Shown here piece after piece: positions 27,527 through 39,191 of a stretch of DNA of 55,962 nt (position 1 is the first letter of the stretch; every line of letters begins with the position of its first letter). The notes under the pieces were generated by a model. The model did no database searches and was not told the DNA's origin. It saw only the letters and a program-made list of their open reading frames with translations. Made by a program: the position numbers and the translations under genes. Source of the DNA: Fonticula-like sp. SCN 57-25. Its lineage: Eukaryota. Location of the stretch: NCBI GenBank assembly GCA_001724245.1, contig MEDX01000012.1, positions 1 through 55,962 on the forward strand. The letters are read 5' to 3'.

Positions 27527-27987
27527 CTCTGCAAGTAGAACTCTAGTGACACCTGTGTCAAGGTCTATCAACCCCCCGACGAGACTTGGGGCAGGTACCG
27601 GCCGGCTGACGACGGCTCGGGCGGCAAGGGAGGGAAGAGGAGAAAAGCAATTGGCAAACACACGCTGCACCCCTTGCTGATAAAGGCTGACCTGCTGACC
27701 TCAACACAAACCACGAGGTCACAACACATGACCCGTCCACGTGGGTGTGGGCTGATGGTTGTCTGGGGCAGAGTCTGCAAAAAACGCTTGGCCAATCACA
27801 GTGCGAGGAAGGGAATTTGGGCGAGTTATTTGACTCACGTTTTCCAGAGAACCAGCGGGTTAATATGCGTGGATATGGCGTTCCGATGGGAGCGTTGAGA
27901 CGAAATCCGTCATGTCTGCATTCTTTAGGCGATATCCGGGGCGGATTCTTGGGAGGGGGGCACTAGCTTTCAGGAGGGGTGGCCGAC

Positions 27988-30900
27988 ATGCGGATGTCGT
28001 TGACGGCGCTCTGCGTCGTAGCGCTCTTTTCCCTCGGCCATGCCTACGAGGTGGTTGAGCCTCAAATGACCATGCGTCCAGGAGCTATTTTGGCAGGAAG
28101 ATTCGGCCCGGTAGCCGAGTTTAGTGACGGCACCAGCGGCTTCACCAAGCCGGCCACCTACAGGAAGACCGCCGTGCAGCTGGTCGACGGCTTGTGGGAA
28201 ACCTTGGTCGGCATCGACGCGACTAATGGTATCGCTATCAATGATATGGTTGCCCTTGATAATGGAACATACTTTATTGCGTTTAACGGGTATGTGCTCG
28301 AATCCTGCGGCTTCATTGCTCGCTATGATCCGGGGGTTGGCCTCACGTGCCTGGAAACCGGCCTGAACAGCGCGCCGACGTCGCTCGTGGTGCGTGGTTT
28401 TTGGGAATGTGGAGCAGACTTCAAGATTATCTTGCTTACTCTTTTCTTGCTTTTTCGTTTCTTTTTCAGTACGAGCCCATTCGTGATCAGCTGTGGATCT
28501 CGGGCCTTATGACAAAGCCCAATGGTCGTAACAACGAAAAGATCGGCTTGCTTGGACACATGGTCATCTGGCAGGGCCGCTGGATTGCCCCTCCGTTCTA
28601 TGGCCTGGATCAAATGCCCAAGAGGCTTCGCCTTGAGCCCAAGTGCGTTCCACTGCCTTGTATCTTAGTTTGCTCACAGTTCGCTTTGCAGGACGGGGAC
28701 CGTGTGGGCTGTGGGTGAATTCACAACCACTCTCGATAACCGCCAACCGAATGGCGATCGCTCGTATCATGTGCCGCTTACGGCGAGCTGCGACCCTGCC
28801 AACTGCGGCTCCCCCGCTATGCTGGCCACCAACAACGTTGCCAACTACGCCGATTGGGTGACCAACATCACGTCCACGACGATTACCGCGACGTTTGGCG
28901 TTGCCGATACCATTATTCATGGATTGCGCGTCCGCGGCAGCTCGCTCAGCGGATACGACACGCTTTCCTTTGCGTACGCCTTGCCCCTTCCTTTATGGCA
29001 TGCTCACCTGGTTTGTGCAGCGCCAAGTGCGACGGTACCGATGCGACCGTCAAGTACTGGGACCCGTTGCGTATGGAGAGCTTGTCCAATGTGGCTACGG
29101 CAACTGTGTTCAACACGCGTGACTACAGCGACTATGTTAAATACGAATTTGATTCCGCTCAAACGTGCTCGACGCTGACACTTGAGGTACGCTGCTGCGC
29201 TCCCACTCCTGGTCGGCTTGGGCTAATGCATTGGCGGACAGCTTACGGCGAGTTCTGGAAAGTTTATTTCCCTTTCCGGTTTGGAGATTTTCACAAACGG
29301 TATGTCGTACACTGCGTGCGGTACTAGCGCCACTAACCTTGTTTCACTAGCCATTGTCCTCGACGACGAGTTCAACCACCTTGACACCGACGTGTCGTTT
29401 GTCGGCTCGTATGAGTATGACACGTCCGACGTGGACAACCGCCACGTTACCCTCATGGTTAGCAACGATTCGTGTACGAGGATATTGCCTGGACATGCTT
29501 GTTGATACTTACGCGCGCGCTCGTGCATAGCTGTGCAAACGTCGATGACCTTTTCGAATGTCACCTCGGTCGACGGCAAGTATAATATCGTGATCCTCTT
29601 TGTCGACTGCGTTGGCGACTGCCTTGGCGCCATTACGTTCCAGCTGGTGAAGCCCGACGGGACCACCCTCGATACGTTTGTGGCTGCGGGCGGAACCCAG
29701 ACCATTAATAACCTGAGTATCACTCGGGACACGAAGCTGAGGATCCTGCTGCCCAGCTCCGCCGAGGAGGATCCTGGCCTTATGGCGGCTGTTCAGAAAA
29801 TTACCATTAGTCGCGTCGTCTCGCATATTTTCCCGGCCAACACGTACTTGGTGGGCTTCAACACTGCGGACCCGTCCTCCCTGAAGCTCCTCGACAACTC
29901 GCTCCCGGCCGGCTCTGTCGTGAACGACATTGCGTTCACAGGGGTACGCGCGGGTAAGACGAAAAGGGAGCACCGAAGACTGACATTGGAATAGGACATG
30001 ATGGTTATCGGTGGCGCCTTTAGTCTTTCTGGAACCGGAGCGTACTACAACATTGTGTCCTACTCGCTCACGACCGGGACATTCTCGTCGTTCCCCGGTG
30101 CTGGCCTGCAGGGCACCATCCAAGCTATTGCGCCTTTGGGCGATGACGAATGTACGCACAGGGGAGCGGGGTGACGCATCTGCGTGTCGTCTCTTTTCTC
30201 TAATCGCTCTGGTTGTAGCCTTTGTTGCCGTCGGCTCCATCACCAGGATTTACAGTCGGACCTACCCGAACGTTGACGGCATCGCCATCTTTAGGAATGG
30301 CGAGTGGGAGGCCGCCGGCGATGGCTATTCGGGCACGGCCACCATCGTCGACGTGGTCAACGGCACCGAGATTTTCATTGCCAACCTTAACCCTGGCTCG
30401 ATTTCCGGTGTTAGGAATGCAGGCGATGTCAAGTCGTACTGGGACACTGCGCGTCAGGTCGCGCGCTTTTCTCTTGTCGACAACAAGTGGCAGGACATGG
30501 CGCCGGTGATTGGGTACGTTTTCCGCGACTGGTCATTTTCGCCGGCCCATGTTGCTGACGACCGCCTCTTTTTGCAGCACGATCAACGTCATCACGCACA
30601 ACGCCACTGGCCACGTTGTCATGGGCGGCTTCATCGCGAGCACCTTCTCTGCCAACGGCAACAGCCTCGTCATGCGCGGCGGCAACACATGGATGTCGCT
30701 CAACAACTCGATGCCTCTGACGCACAGCTCCGTTGGCCAGCCTTACGTCCGCAAGACGCTCTACTTCAAGGACATGCTCTATGCCATCGGCACGTTCTCG
30801 CACAACGACGCTGACGCGGGCTACCGCTTTGCGTGCATTGCTCGCTACAACTTTACCGCGCTCCAGTGGCAGCCGCTCGTTGAGGACATGGCGTTCGACT

Positions 30901-32293
30901 CGTGCGGTGCGTTCTTGCGCGCTTTGCTTGCTTGTGGCTAACGCGCGTGGGGGGGTAGAACTGTATGACATGGTGGACGGCGGCGACTTGCTGTTCATTG
31001 TTGGCTTCCTTTCGGGCTCGGTCGTGGACCCCGAGGCCCCCGCCGGCCGCGTCAGCCTCACCAACGTGTTTGCGTTTGACGGAACTGTGTTCACCACGCC
31101 GGTGGCGCAGTTCTCGTACACCACATCGCCCGTTTACTCGATCTACCTCGAGTGGAGCGGCAGCACGCCCAATATTTACGTCGGGTACGCTCGGTTACCT
31201 GATGGCGGACGGCGCTTGCTCACCTTGCCGCGGTAGTGTGAATCGTGCGCTGTACGGAAACGGCACCGAGTGCAACGGCGTCTGCATGTGGGACGGCGAA
31301 AAGTGGAATGCGCTCGGCCTCGGCCTCAACACCGCGGCCATGATGCTCAAGGTTATGGATGTGCGCCACTCGCCGCGTGATGGCCCGCGCCTGCTGCTAA
31401 CGCCTATTGACCCTGTAGGGCTACCTGATTGCGGCCGGCAGTTTCACTTCTGCCGGTGGCGCCCCTGTGCGCTACATCGCAAAGTACAACCTCCGCAGCG
31501 GCGTTTGGTCGATGCTTGGCGGCTACTCCTTAAACAGCGCGGTCTCCTCCTTTACCGGCTCTTCACTGGACTCGCTCTACGTGTCGGGCAACTTTAACCT
31601 CGGCTCCAACATGCGGTACCTAGGAAAGTACAACCGAGAGGACGACTACTTTTACGGCGTCGGTACGTGGAGCCCTGGCGTGTGTGTGCCTGTCGCTCAC
31701 AGTGTGATCATAGCCCCGCTGCGGTCGGGCTCCGTGTCGTCGATCCACCTGGTGCCCGGAACGAACCTCCCGCCGAACGACGTGCTCCCGTCGGGCCAGG
31801 TCTTGCTCGCGCTCGGCCAGTTCAACATTTATGGAGGTGCGCGAATCACGCTCCTGTAGGCGCGTGTCGCTGACTCGAATATTGTGCAGTTGGCTTTGTT
31901 GGAGCTGCGTTCTTTGATGGTCAAAACTGGCGCCCGGTTCTCTCCGTGGACGCTGAGGCTGCGAGCGCGACCGGTACCCCCACCGGCGCCGTGTACATTT
32001 ACACGGACGGCCCGTACACCGGCCTCCTTCCCTACCAGATCGCGCTCATCGCCGTCTTTTCGGTGATTCTCTTTGTCATCCTCCTGGCGCTGCTCATCTT
32101 CTGCATCATCCGCTCCCGCCGCAATAAGTCGAACGACAGCAAGGAGAACAATCTCGAGTCGAACAAGTCGGGCATCACCGTGACGTCCGCGCCGGCGGCT
32201 GGAAGCACGACCGCTGTCGCCGCGCCTCCGCGCCCCATTTCAGAGGTGTCGCAGCCGCAGTCGCCCGCCTCTCCCCAGTCGGAGGACCAGTGA
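27988..32293 (+). CDS. Large type I membrane protein with beta-propeller repeats (Rax2-like); about 13 introns
   Basis: Signal peptide; repeated WxxLGxGLN and (A/G)G(S/N/A)F(T/S) blades (MVIGGAFS, LIAAGSFTSAGG, YVSGNFN); single TM (IALIAVFSVILFVILLALLIFCII) followed by RSRR and a short tail. The Rax2 label is by resemblance only. Confidence 0.7.
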
Positions 32294-32621
32294 CAGGGTT
32301 CGGCGGCTTCCCGTCGAGCTACGTCGAGTGATTCTGAATCATGATATATATGATATTTTTGCGTTTTATATGCTCTCTTAAAAGGTGATTTTTACAGGGT
32401 CTTTTATCGTTTGATAGGAGTCGTGGCAATAGGCCGCGCAGTGTGTCCTTACTCTCTTTTTGCATGTTTGTCTTTTTCTTCGTTGCAGTTCCAATGTATC
32501 CTTTAGGCTCAGGATAAATATTAAAAACCCAATAATAGTTTTTCAGTGAAAAATAAAGCGAGGCTATTTGCATTCCCGTGCTTGCTAAACTTCATGTCAT
32601 TTCGTCTTTGCCGAGACATTG

Positions 32622-32704
32622 TGCCAATTCTCATGTAAAGTCCAATCAACCGTTACGTTTCCCGCGTTTTTTTGTTGTTTAAATCGCAGGATCGCGACGC
32701 GTCG
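32622..32704 (+). promoter_or_regulatory. Putative MUS81 promoter: CCAAT x2, E2F-like site, MCB-like palindrome
   Basis: CCAAT at 32624 and 32642; TTTCCCGCG at 32658-32666; CGACGCGTCG palindrome at 32695-32704. Confidence 0.45.
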
Positions 32705-32709
32705 TAGAA

Positions 32710-35013
32710 ATGTGGCGGCGAGGGCGGCCCGGGGCGGCTCCCTCGACGTCGCCGTCTGCGGCTCTCCCGTATCCCAACTGTATCTTTGTTCAAGCGCTTT
32801 GCGAGTGGGAACAGAATGCGCGTGACCGGAATCTAATGTCGCATCACGCGTACCGGCGGGCGGCGGCATCGCTTCAAAAGTATCCGCTACCGCTGCTCGA
32901 CGGCGCCGCGTGCACTGTGCTTGAAGGCATTGGTAGCGGTGTTGCCTTGCAGCTGGACAAGTATCTGGCCCAGTACGAGAAGAAGAATGGCCGGCCGGCG
33001 GACGCTCCCACCGAACCTGCCGTGACGATTCCGTCCGTGCCAAAGAAGCGATCCAAGTCGTCGGGAAAAGAGTCGCAGGACGACGGAACTGTCAAGAAGA
33101 GGGCAAAGAAGGCGCCGGCTGTCCCAAAGGCGTACATTCCGCCGCTGCGCTCGGGGCCGTATGCGATCGTGATTGCATTGAGGCGCCTGCAAGAGTCGCC
33201 AGGGTGGCTCGGTTACGCGACGCGCGAGGACATCATTGACGTGGTACGGCGAACGGCTCTTGGCTCCTTCAGTGCCCGTAGTTAAGAACTAATTCTTTGT
33301 TATTAAAATAGGCGCAGCCGCTTTGCGAATCTTCGTTTACCATTTCGACGCGTGCGGGAATGAACTATACTGCGTGGTCGTCGATGTCGCAGCTCGTCGA
33401 CCGCGGTCTTGTCTGCAAGTACGTGCACTGCGCGCTCCATCTTGCCGTGCTCACCTTGAACTTTAGAACAGGGAATCCGATAAAGTACTCTTTGAGCGAT
33501 GAAGGCATTGAGCTAGCGGACCAACTGCAAACGGCGACGAGCCGCTTGACATCTTCCTCGGATTCTTCATCGCAGGCGTCGTACTCCTCGAGCCAGGCCA
33601 GCCAGTCGACTCAAACGACAACAACGATGACCGCATCCATCAGAGGCAGTATTGCAAGCAGCAGCAGTAGCAGCAGCAGCAGCTCTGTTGGCCAATTTGC
33701 CTCACAGAGTACTGTCCGCAGCACGGCATCCTTCAGCAGCAGCAGCAGCAGCAGCAGCAGCACGGTCAGCAAGGTCAGCTACTCGTCGTCGGTCAGCGTG
33801 AATGTTCAGCGTCCTATTGTTATCTCGCTGGACTCTGATGAGAGCGATGATGACTTGATACTTGCTTCTAGCGCGCCCGCATCGCACAGCGAGCCGCTTC
33901 GCCCCGCCTCTACCCTGACCCGACCCGAGCCCGCTCCTATGCGGCCACAAACCGCACCGACAGGCGCTTCGTCCTCGAGCGAATATTCGCTACTCAAGCT
34001 CAGCGGCAGTTGCCTCGATGTCGTGCTACTGCTCGACTCGCGCGAGGTGCGCGGCAAGGCCGACCGGACGTTCATCCAGGAGCAACTGCTGCTGGCCGGC
34101 GTGACGGTGGAGACAAGAGCGCTGGTGCTCGGCGACGCCATGTGGGTGGCGCGGCCGCGTGGCGCGGTGCCGGGGGTGGACGAGGTGGTCCTCGACTTTA
34201 TTGTGGAAAGGAAGCGCATTGACGACTTGGTGTCGAGTATAAAGGACAAGCGGTTCCAAGAGCAAAAGGTATGAAAAGTGGCGGGAAAGCGCAGGAGTTT
34301 GGCGGAAATTTGGCGGAAGATGGACGGTCTTTTGATATCCGCATTTCGAATTGGAAATGATTTGTATTGAAAAGACTTGTTGCTGACGATGTTTTTAGTT
34401 TCGCCTTCGCAACTGTGGCGTCCCGAATGTCATGTACATTATTGAAGAGAATGCGACTGCCGCGCTTCATCTTCAGCCAATCGACCACCAGCGGATAGCG
34501 ACAGCGGCGATGCGCACGCAGGTTCACGACGGCTTCTTTGTCCGCCGCACCTCTGGCATGGACGAGACGATCCGCTTCCTGGTTCACATCACGACGCACC
34601 TCGCCTCGGTGTGCGCGTCGCTTCCCTCGATCGAGGCGATAGATTCGGTCGCAAAGGAGGCGCCCGGGTACGAGTACATGCGCTCCCTGTGCGCCCGCCT
34701 CGACAACAGCCGCCTCTCCTTCAAAATGTTTTCTGCGTTAAACAGCAGAAGCGTGCAGACCCTGGGCGAGCTTTTTGCAAAGCAGCTCGTGCAGCTGCGC
34801 GGCATCGGCAGCGAAAAGGCGGCTGCGGTGCTTGAGTTGTTCCCCACCGTGCAGGCGCTCATGGCGGCGTACCGCTCAAAGGAGGGCGGGAAAGCGCGGG
34901 AGATGATGCTCGCAGATGTGGAGATGGGGCCGGGCAGGCGCGTCGGGCCAATGGCAAGCAAGGTTATTTATCACATGTTTTGTTCGGAATCGCAGTATCC
35001 GGATGCTATTTAA
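32710..35013 (+). CDS. MUS81: Crossover junction endonuclease MUS81; 3 introns
   Basis: N-terminal HhH (AAASLQKYPLPL..LEGIG), winged helix (YIPPLRSGPYAI, YTAWSSMSQLVDRGLV), ERCC4 nuclease (LLDSRE, GDAMW, VERKRIDDLVSSIKDKRFQEQK), C-terminal HhH. Ser-rich AGC repeats. Confidence 0.95.
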
Positions 35014-35280
35014 GCTGTATATTTACGTTTGTGTATGTACGTGTACCAATAGATACGATTTGACTCATAAAAATACCCATGTGGTGCTGGGATACTCTAG
35101 GATGGAGTGATGAAAAATATAACGAATTGAATGGCTGAATTGTGGAAGGGATTGACAAACAGAACAACAACGACAGCTTTGCTACAAGGGATGAAAACGG
35201 CAGACCTGTGCCCGTGCAAGATAAGAATACAAAACACAATCATGTGGAACACCGATATAAACAATATAGTAAACGCCGAC

Positions 35281-36685
35281 TCAGATCCACGGCACGACGG
35301 CCGCGCCGTACGACGACGCTCCCTGCACAAAGACGGCGAGGCACAGCGCGAGCGCGCCGACCGAGAAAAAGTCGTCAAAGCGCGTGAACAGCGTGAGTAG
35401 CCAGAACGCATACCAATGATGCAAGTAAAAGTCATGAGACTGAGAAATGTAGCCGTAGAGAGCGGCCTCGAGAGCGGCGATGAAAGCGAGCGACCCAAGG
35501 TACATTCCCAAGTAAAACTGTGCGGAAAATAGAATAAGTATGCGAATCGAATAGAGGGTCAGCTGAGTCGCACCCTCGATAGACGCGTCGCGAGGTAGAT
35601 GTGGTAGACAATGAGGCCGCCGGCCACGACAACAATGACAACGATCAGAATGATGTGGCGCGCGGAAAAGTTTGACGCGATGCGGTTGATTGAGTCCGCG
35701 TTAAAGTAAATGTCAGAGTAAAAGTCGCCCAGGTATCCAAAGAGCGGAATCATTCCAAAGTAGATGACGTAAAAGTGGATTTGGCGCAGTTTGTACGTGT
35801 TGACGCGCGCAAAAATGAACGTTAATACGGCCTTGTCAATAAGCTGCGAGGCGGGAAATGTTAGCAAAGCATAACAAGCAGAAATGGCACAAAAAGATTG
35901 AAATTGCACACAATAAGACAACGCCAACCCCAAGCAAAACACCACAAAAACCGACGGCCAAAAGTTCGTACAAGAAAGATCGTATTGACGACATTGTATC
36001 TCTGCGCGTCCGTGTCAATAGCAACGCAGTCGTTCGGGATGCCGGCGCCGCACAGCAGCCGCTGGTATATCGTGCCGACGGCGACGAGCACCATCCACCA
36101 CAGGAGCAGCACGACCCTGATCACGCCGTACTCGCGGGATCCCTCGAGCGGGAAGGCGGTCAGGATCGTCGTCCTGTGCAGCCTGACGTTAACGCCAGCC
36201 TCTATAAGCTGCTTCGCCGTGATGTTGCGCAGATCGTGGATCTTGCGGATCTTGTACTGCGGTCTGCTAAGGTAGATTGCATAGTGGTCCGAAGCGGCCT
36301 CAGGGAGGCCGAGATCACGAAAGAAGGACCGCAGCAGGTTGTACGTCTTCACATTGCTCTCGTTGCACGCGATGTTTCCCGCCGTCGCGCGCATCCCGTC
36401 TTCGTCCAGCGACTTGCGCGGCGACCCTTCGATGATATCACGCGCCTTGACAAGAAGGCGCTGCGACGTGGAAAGGCGAGGTTCTAAGTAGAGGGAGGGC
36501 TTGGCAGCATCGTCGGCTGCGGTCTCAGGCGCGGGCTCGGGCTCAGATACCAAGGAGCCTGGTTCGGTTGATACGCTGATGATACCAAGATCTTCGTTGG
36601 GATGGCGGTCCCCTTCGAGAGAGCGGTCAGACTCGCCGGAAGAAGAAGCGAGTGGCTCCAGAGGGACCCCTGAGTAATCAGCCAT
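35281..36685 (-). CDS. SAM-like domain plus multi-pass membrane protein of unknown function; 2 introns
   Basis: LRSFFRDLGL..YAIYL..IHDLRNITAKQLIEAGVNVRLHRTTIL (SAM-like); several TM helices with YLHHWY and VQGASSYG. Introns at about 35844-35971 and 35518-35573. Confidence 0.65.
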
Positions 36686-36895
36686 GTTCGACGCTCAAAT
36701 AAGGAGAAAGGAGACGTCGGATGAGAGTTAAACTATAGAAAATGCCCGCCGTTTCCCCTGGTGGGGTTACACGTGAACGGAATGCAAGTTCCCCTTTGAT
36801 TTGCGCTTGGCAAGGGCACGCTGCGTCCGCCGCTGGCAACTTGGCGACAATCAATAGAAGAGCCTCTTCAGCTGAGTATGCGTCACCAACCTGGG

Positions 36896-37013
36896 TGACG
36901 TCATCAAACTGACCAATCAACGTTGCTTATCAATCCTGTAGCCAATCCGCCGTCGTAAAACAGAATCAAGTTGCCTTTTATGGTAATTGTAGGGCCATAT
37001 TTAAGTGACGTCA
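36896..37013. promoter_or_regulatory. Divergent promoter with two palindromic CRE sites and two CCAAT boxes
   Basis: TGACGTCA at 36896-36903 and 37006-37013; CCAAT at 36913 and 36942. Confidence 0.5.
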
Positions 37014-37108
37014 GAGGTTCCCGCGTGGCGCTCAATTCGCCTTTCCCGGCGCTTTCTCCGCGACGTGTTACCCGCCCGCCGAGAAAAGAAAGGAAGCGAG
37101 TTGCTGCC

Positions 37109-38942
37109 ATGGCCAAGCCCGTTCATAACGTACGCGCGCGGCTTCTTGCGCAGCACTCGTTCTTTCAGCGCTCATTTATCGGCTTGCTAGTTTGATAAGG
37201 ATGGCCTTACAATTCAGGAGCTGGTAGAGTCTGGCCAGGGCCTCACCTACGATGACTTTTTGGTTCTCCCCGGCTACATCGACTTTACTTCGGACAGCGT
37301 TGTCCTCACGTCCAAGCTTACGAAGAAGATTTCGCTCCGCACTCCGTTTGTCAGCTCGCCCATGGACACTGTGACCGAGGCCGACATGGCGATCAACATG
37401 GCCGTACGTGCTCTCGCATGGAGCACGTGGCAATGAAGTTGACACTCTGCTAGTTGATGGGTGGTATCGGTATTCTTCACCACAACTGCTCGATTGAGGA
37501 GCAGACCGAGATGGTTGAGACTGTCAAGGTGCGCCTGGGGCCAAGCTTTAGTGGGAAAGGGATTACACAAAAGGCGAGGATTAGATCGTTCCGTGCACCA
37601 CTCAGACTCCGCAATGGTGACTCACCGGATATACACTTCAGTCTTAATGAGCCTATTTCTTTACCTCTCTTTCTCTGCTTTTCCGTTTTCCTTTTTTGGA
37701 TACTTACCGTGGCTGTGTTCGAAGAAATACGAGAATGGCTTTATTACGAACCCCCAGACGCTGAGCCCCACGCACACCATTGCGGACGTGCTCGCGATCA
37801 AGAACAAGTTTGGTTTCTGCGGTGTTCCGATTACTGAGAACGGCAAGATGCGCAGCACGCTCGTCGGCATCGTGACTAGCCGCGACATTGACTTTATTGA
37901 GGACGAGACTGTTCTGCTCAAGGACGTCATGATCCCCTTCTCTGAGCTTGTTGTTGCGCGCGTCGGCGTCACCCTCGCCGAGGCGAACGAGATGCTCCGC
38001 CGCTCCAAGAAGGGCAAGCTCCCGATCATCGATGGCGACAACAAGCTTGTTGCCCTCATCTCCCGCTCTGACATGAAGAAGAACCGCGACTTCCCGCTCG
38101 CCTCCAAGGACGCGCACAAGTCGCTCCTCGTCGGCGCCGCCATTTCGACGCGCGAGGACGATCGCGTTCGCCTTGCGTCGCTCGTCAAGGCCGGTCTCGA
38201 CGTTTGCGTTATTGACTCGTCCCAGGGCAACTCTGTGTGGCAGGTCGACATGATCAAGCACATCAAGGCCACCTACCCCGACCTCCAGGTGATTGCCGGC
38301 AATGTTGTGACCCAGAGGCAGGCGCTTTCGCTGATCGAGGCTGGCGCTGATGCGCTCCGCGTCGGCATGGGCAGCGGCTCCATCTGCATCACGCAGGAGG
38401 TAATGGCGTGCGGCCGGCCGCAGGGCACCGCCGTGTACAAGGTCTCTCAGTTGGCGAGCCAGTATGGCGTCCCCGTCATTGCTGACGGCGGCGTCGGCAC
38501 TGTCGGCCACATTGCCAAGGCTCTCCTTATGGGCGCCAGCTGCGTCATGATGGGCTCGCTCCTCGCCGGCACCACCGAGGCCCCCGGCACCTACTTTTAC
38601 CACGACGGCAAGCGCGTCAAGAAGTACCGCGGTATGGGCTCGATCGACGCCATGGAGAAGGGCAAGAATTCGCAGAAGCGCTACTTTTCGGAGGGCGACC
38701 AGACGCTCGTCGCGCAGGGCGTGTCGGGCGCCGTCGTCGACAAGGGCTCCATCCGCAAGTTTGTCCCGTACCTCGTGACTGGCCTGCAGCACAGCCTCCA
38801 GGATATCGGATACGCCTCGGTCGATGCGCTCCAGGCGGCCGTTAACGCCCAGGAGGTCCGCTTTGAGAAGCGCACCGTCGCCGCGCAGGTTGAGGGTGGT
38901 GTGCACGGTCTCTTGTCCTATGAGAAGAGGCTCTTTTCGTAA
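37109..38942 (+). CDS. IMPDH: Inosine-5'-monophosphate dehydrogenase; 3 introns
   Basis: [24 protein letters not shown] pair, [11 protein letters not shown] (catalytic Cys), YRGMGS, YEKRLF. Introns 37130-37190, about 37404-37453, and 37529-37724. Confidence 0.97.
37572..37654 (+). ncRNA. Intronic box C/D snoRNA, dual guide (U32/snR40-like SSU guide plus an LSU guide)
   Basis: Terminal stem AGGC/GCCT; C box AGGATTA (37577-37583); guide CCGTGCACCACT + D' CAGA (37591-37606); C' ATGGTGA (37614-37620); guide CACTTCAGTCTT + D ATGA (37634-37650). The guides are antisense to conserved rRNA segments GGUGGUGCAUGG (SSU) and AAGACUGAAGUG (LSU), recalled from memory. Confidence 0.75.
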
Positions 38943-39191
38943 AGGAGAGGCCTTTGTGAGAGAGAGAAATTGAGTTATACTGGCTTTCTTTGTCCCTCTT
39001 TGGTTACCTTTCTTTATATACTTTACGTTCTAGTCAAATAAAAGCATTGTATTCAGTTATTTTATTGCTCGGCCACACTGTGCAGTAGGGGATTATCCAT
39101 AAGGTGGGGTTAACATGCTGGGAAAAGGGTTGTTTATATTTGCTGGCGGGATCGTTATGCAGCTGGCATTTTAATGATGACGGGTGAGAAG

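Noticed and set aside
25973-27538. 521-aa plus-strand ORF opposite KCS (likewise 37704-38906, 39696-40871, 24735-25802, 4423-5424)
   Set aside because: Antisense or alternate-frame shadows of GC-rich, codon-biased genes, with no recognisable motifs.
33657-33762. AGC trinucleotide runs suggesting an unstable repeat or polyQ
   Set aside because: They encode poly-Ser in the disordered MUS81 linker; ordinary low complexity.
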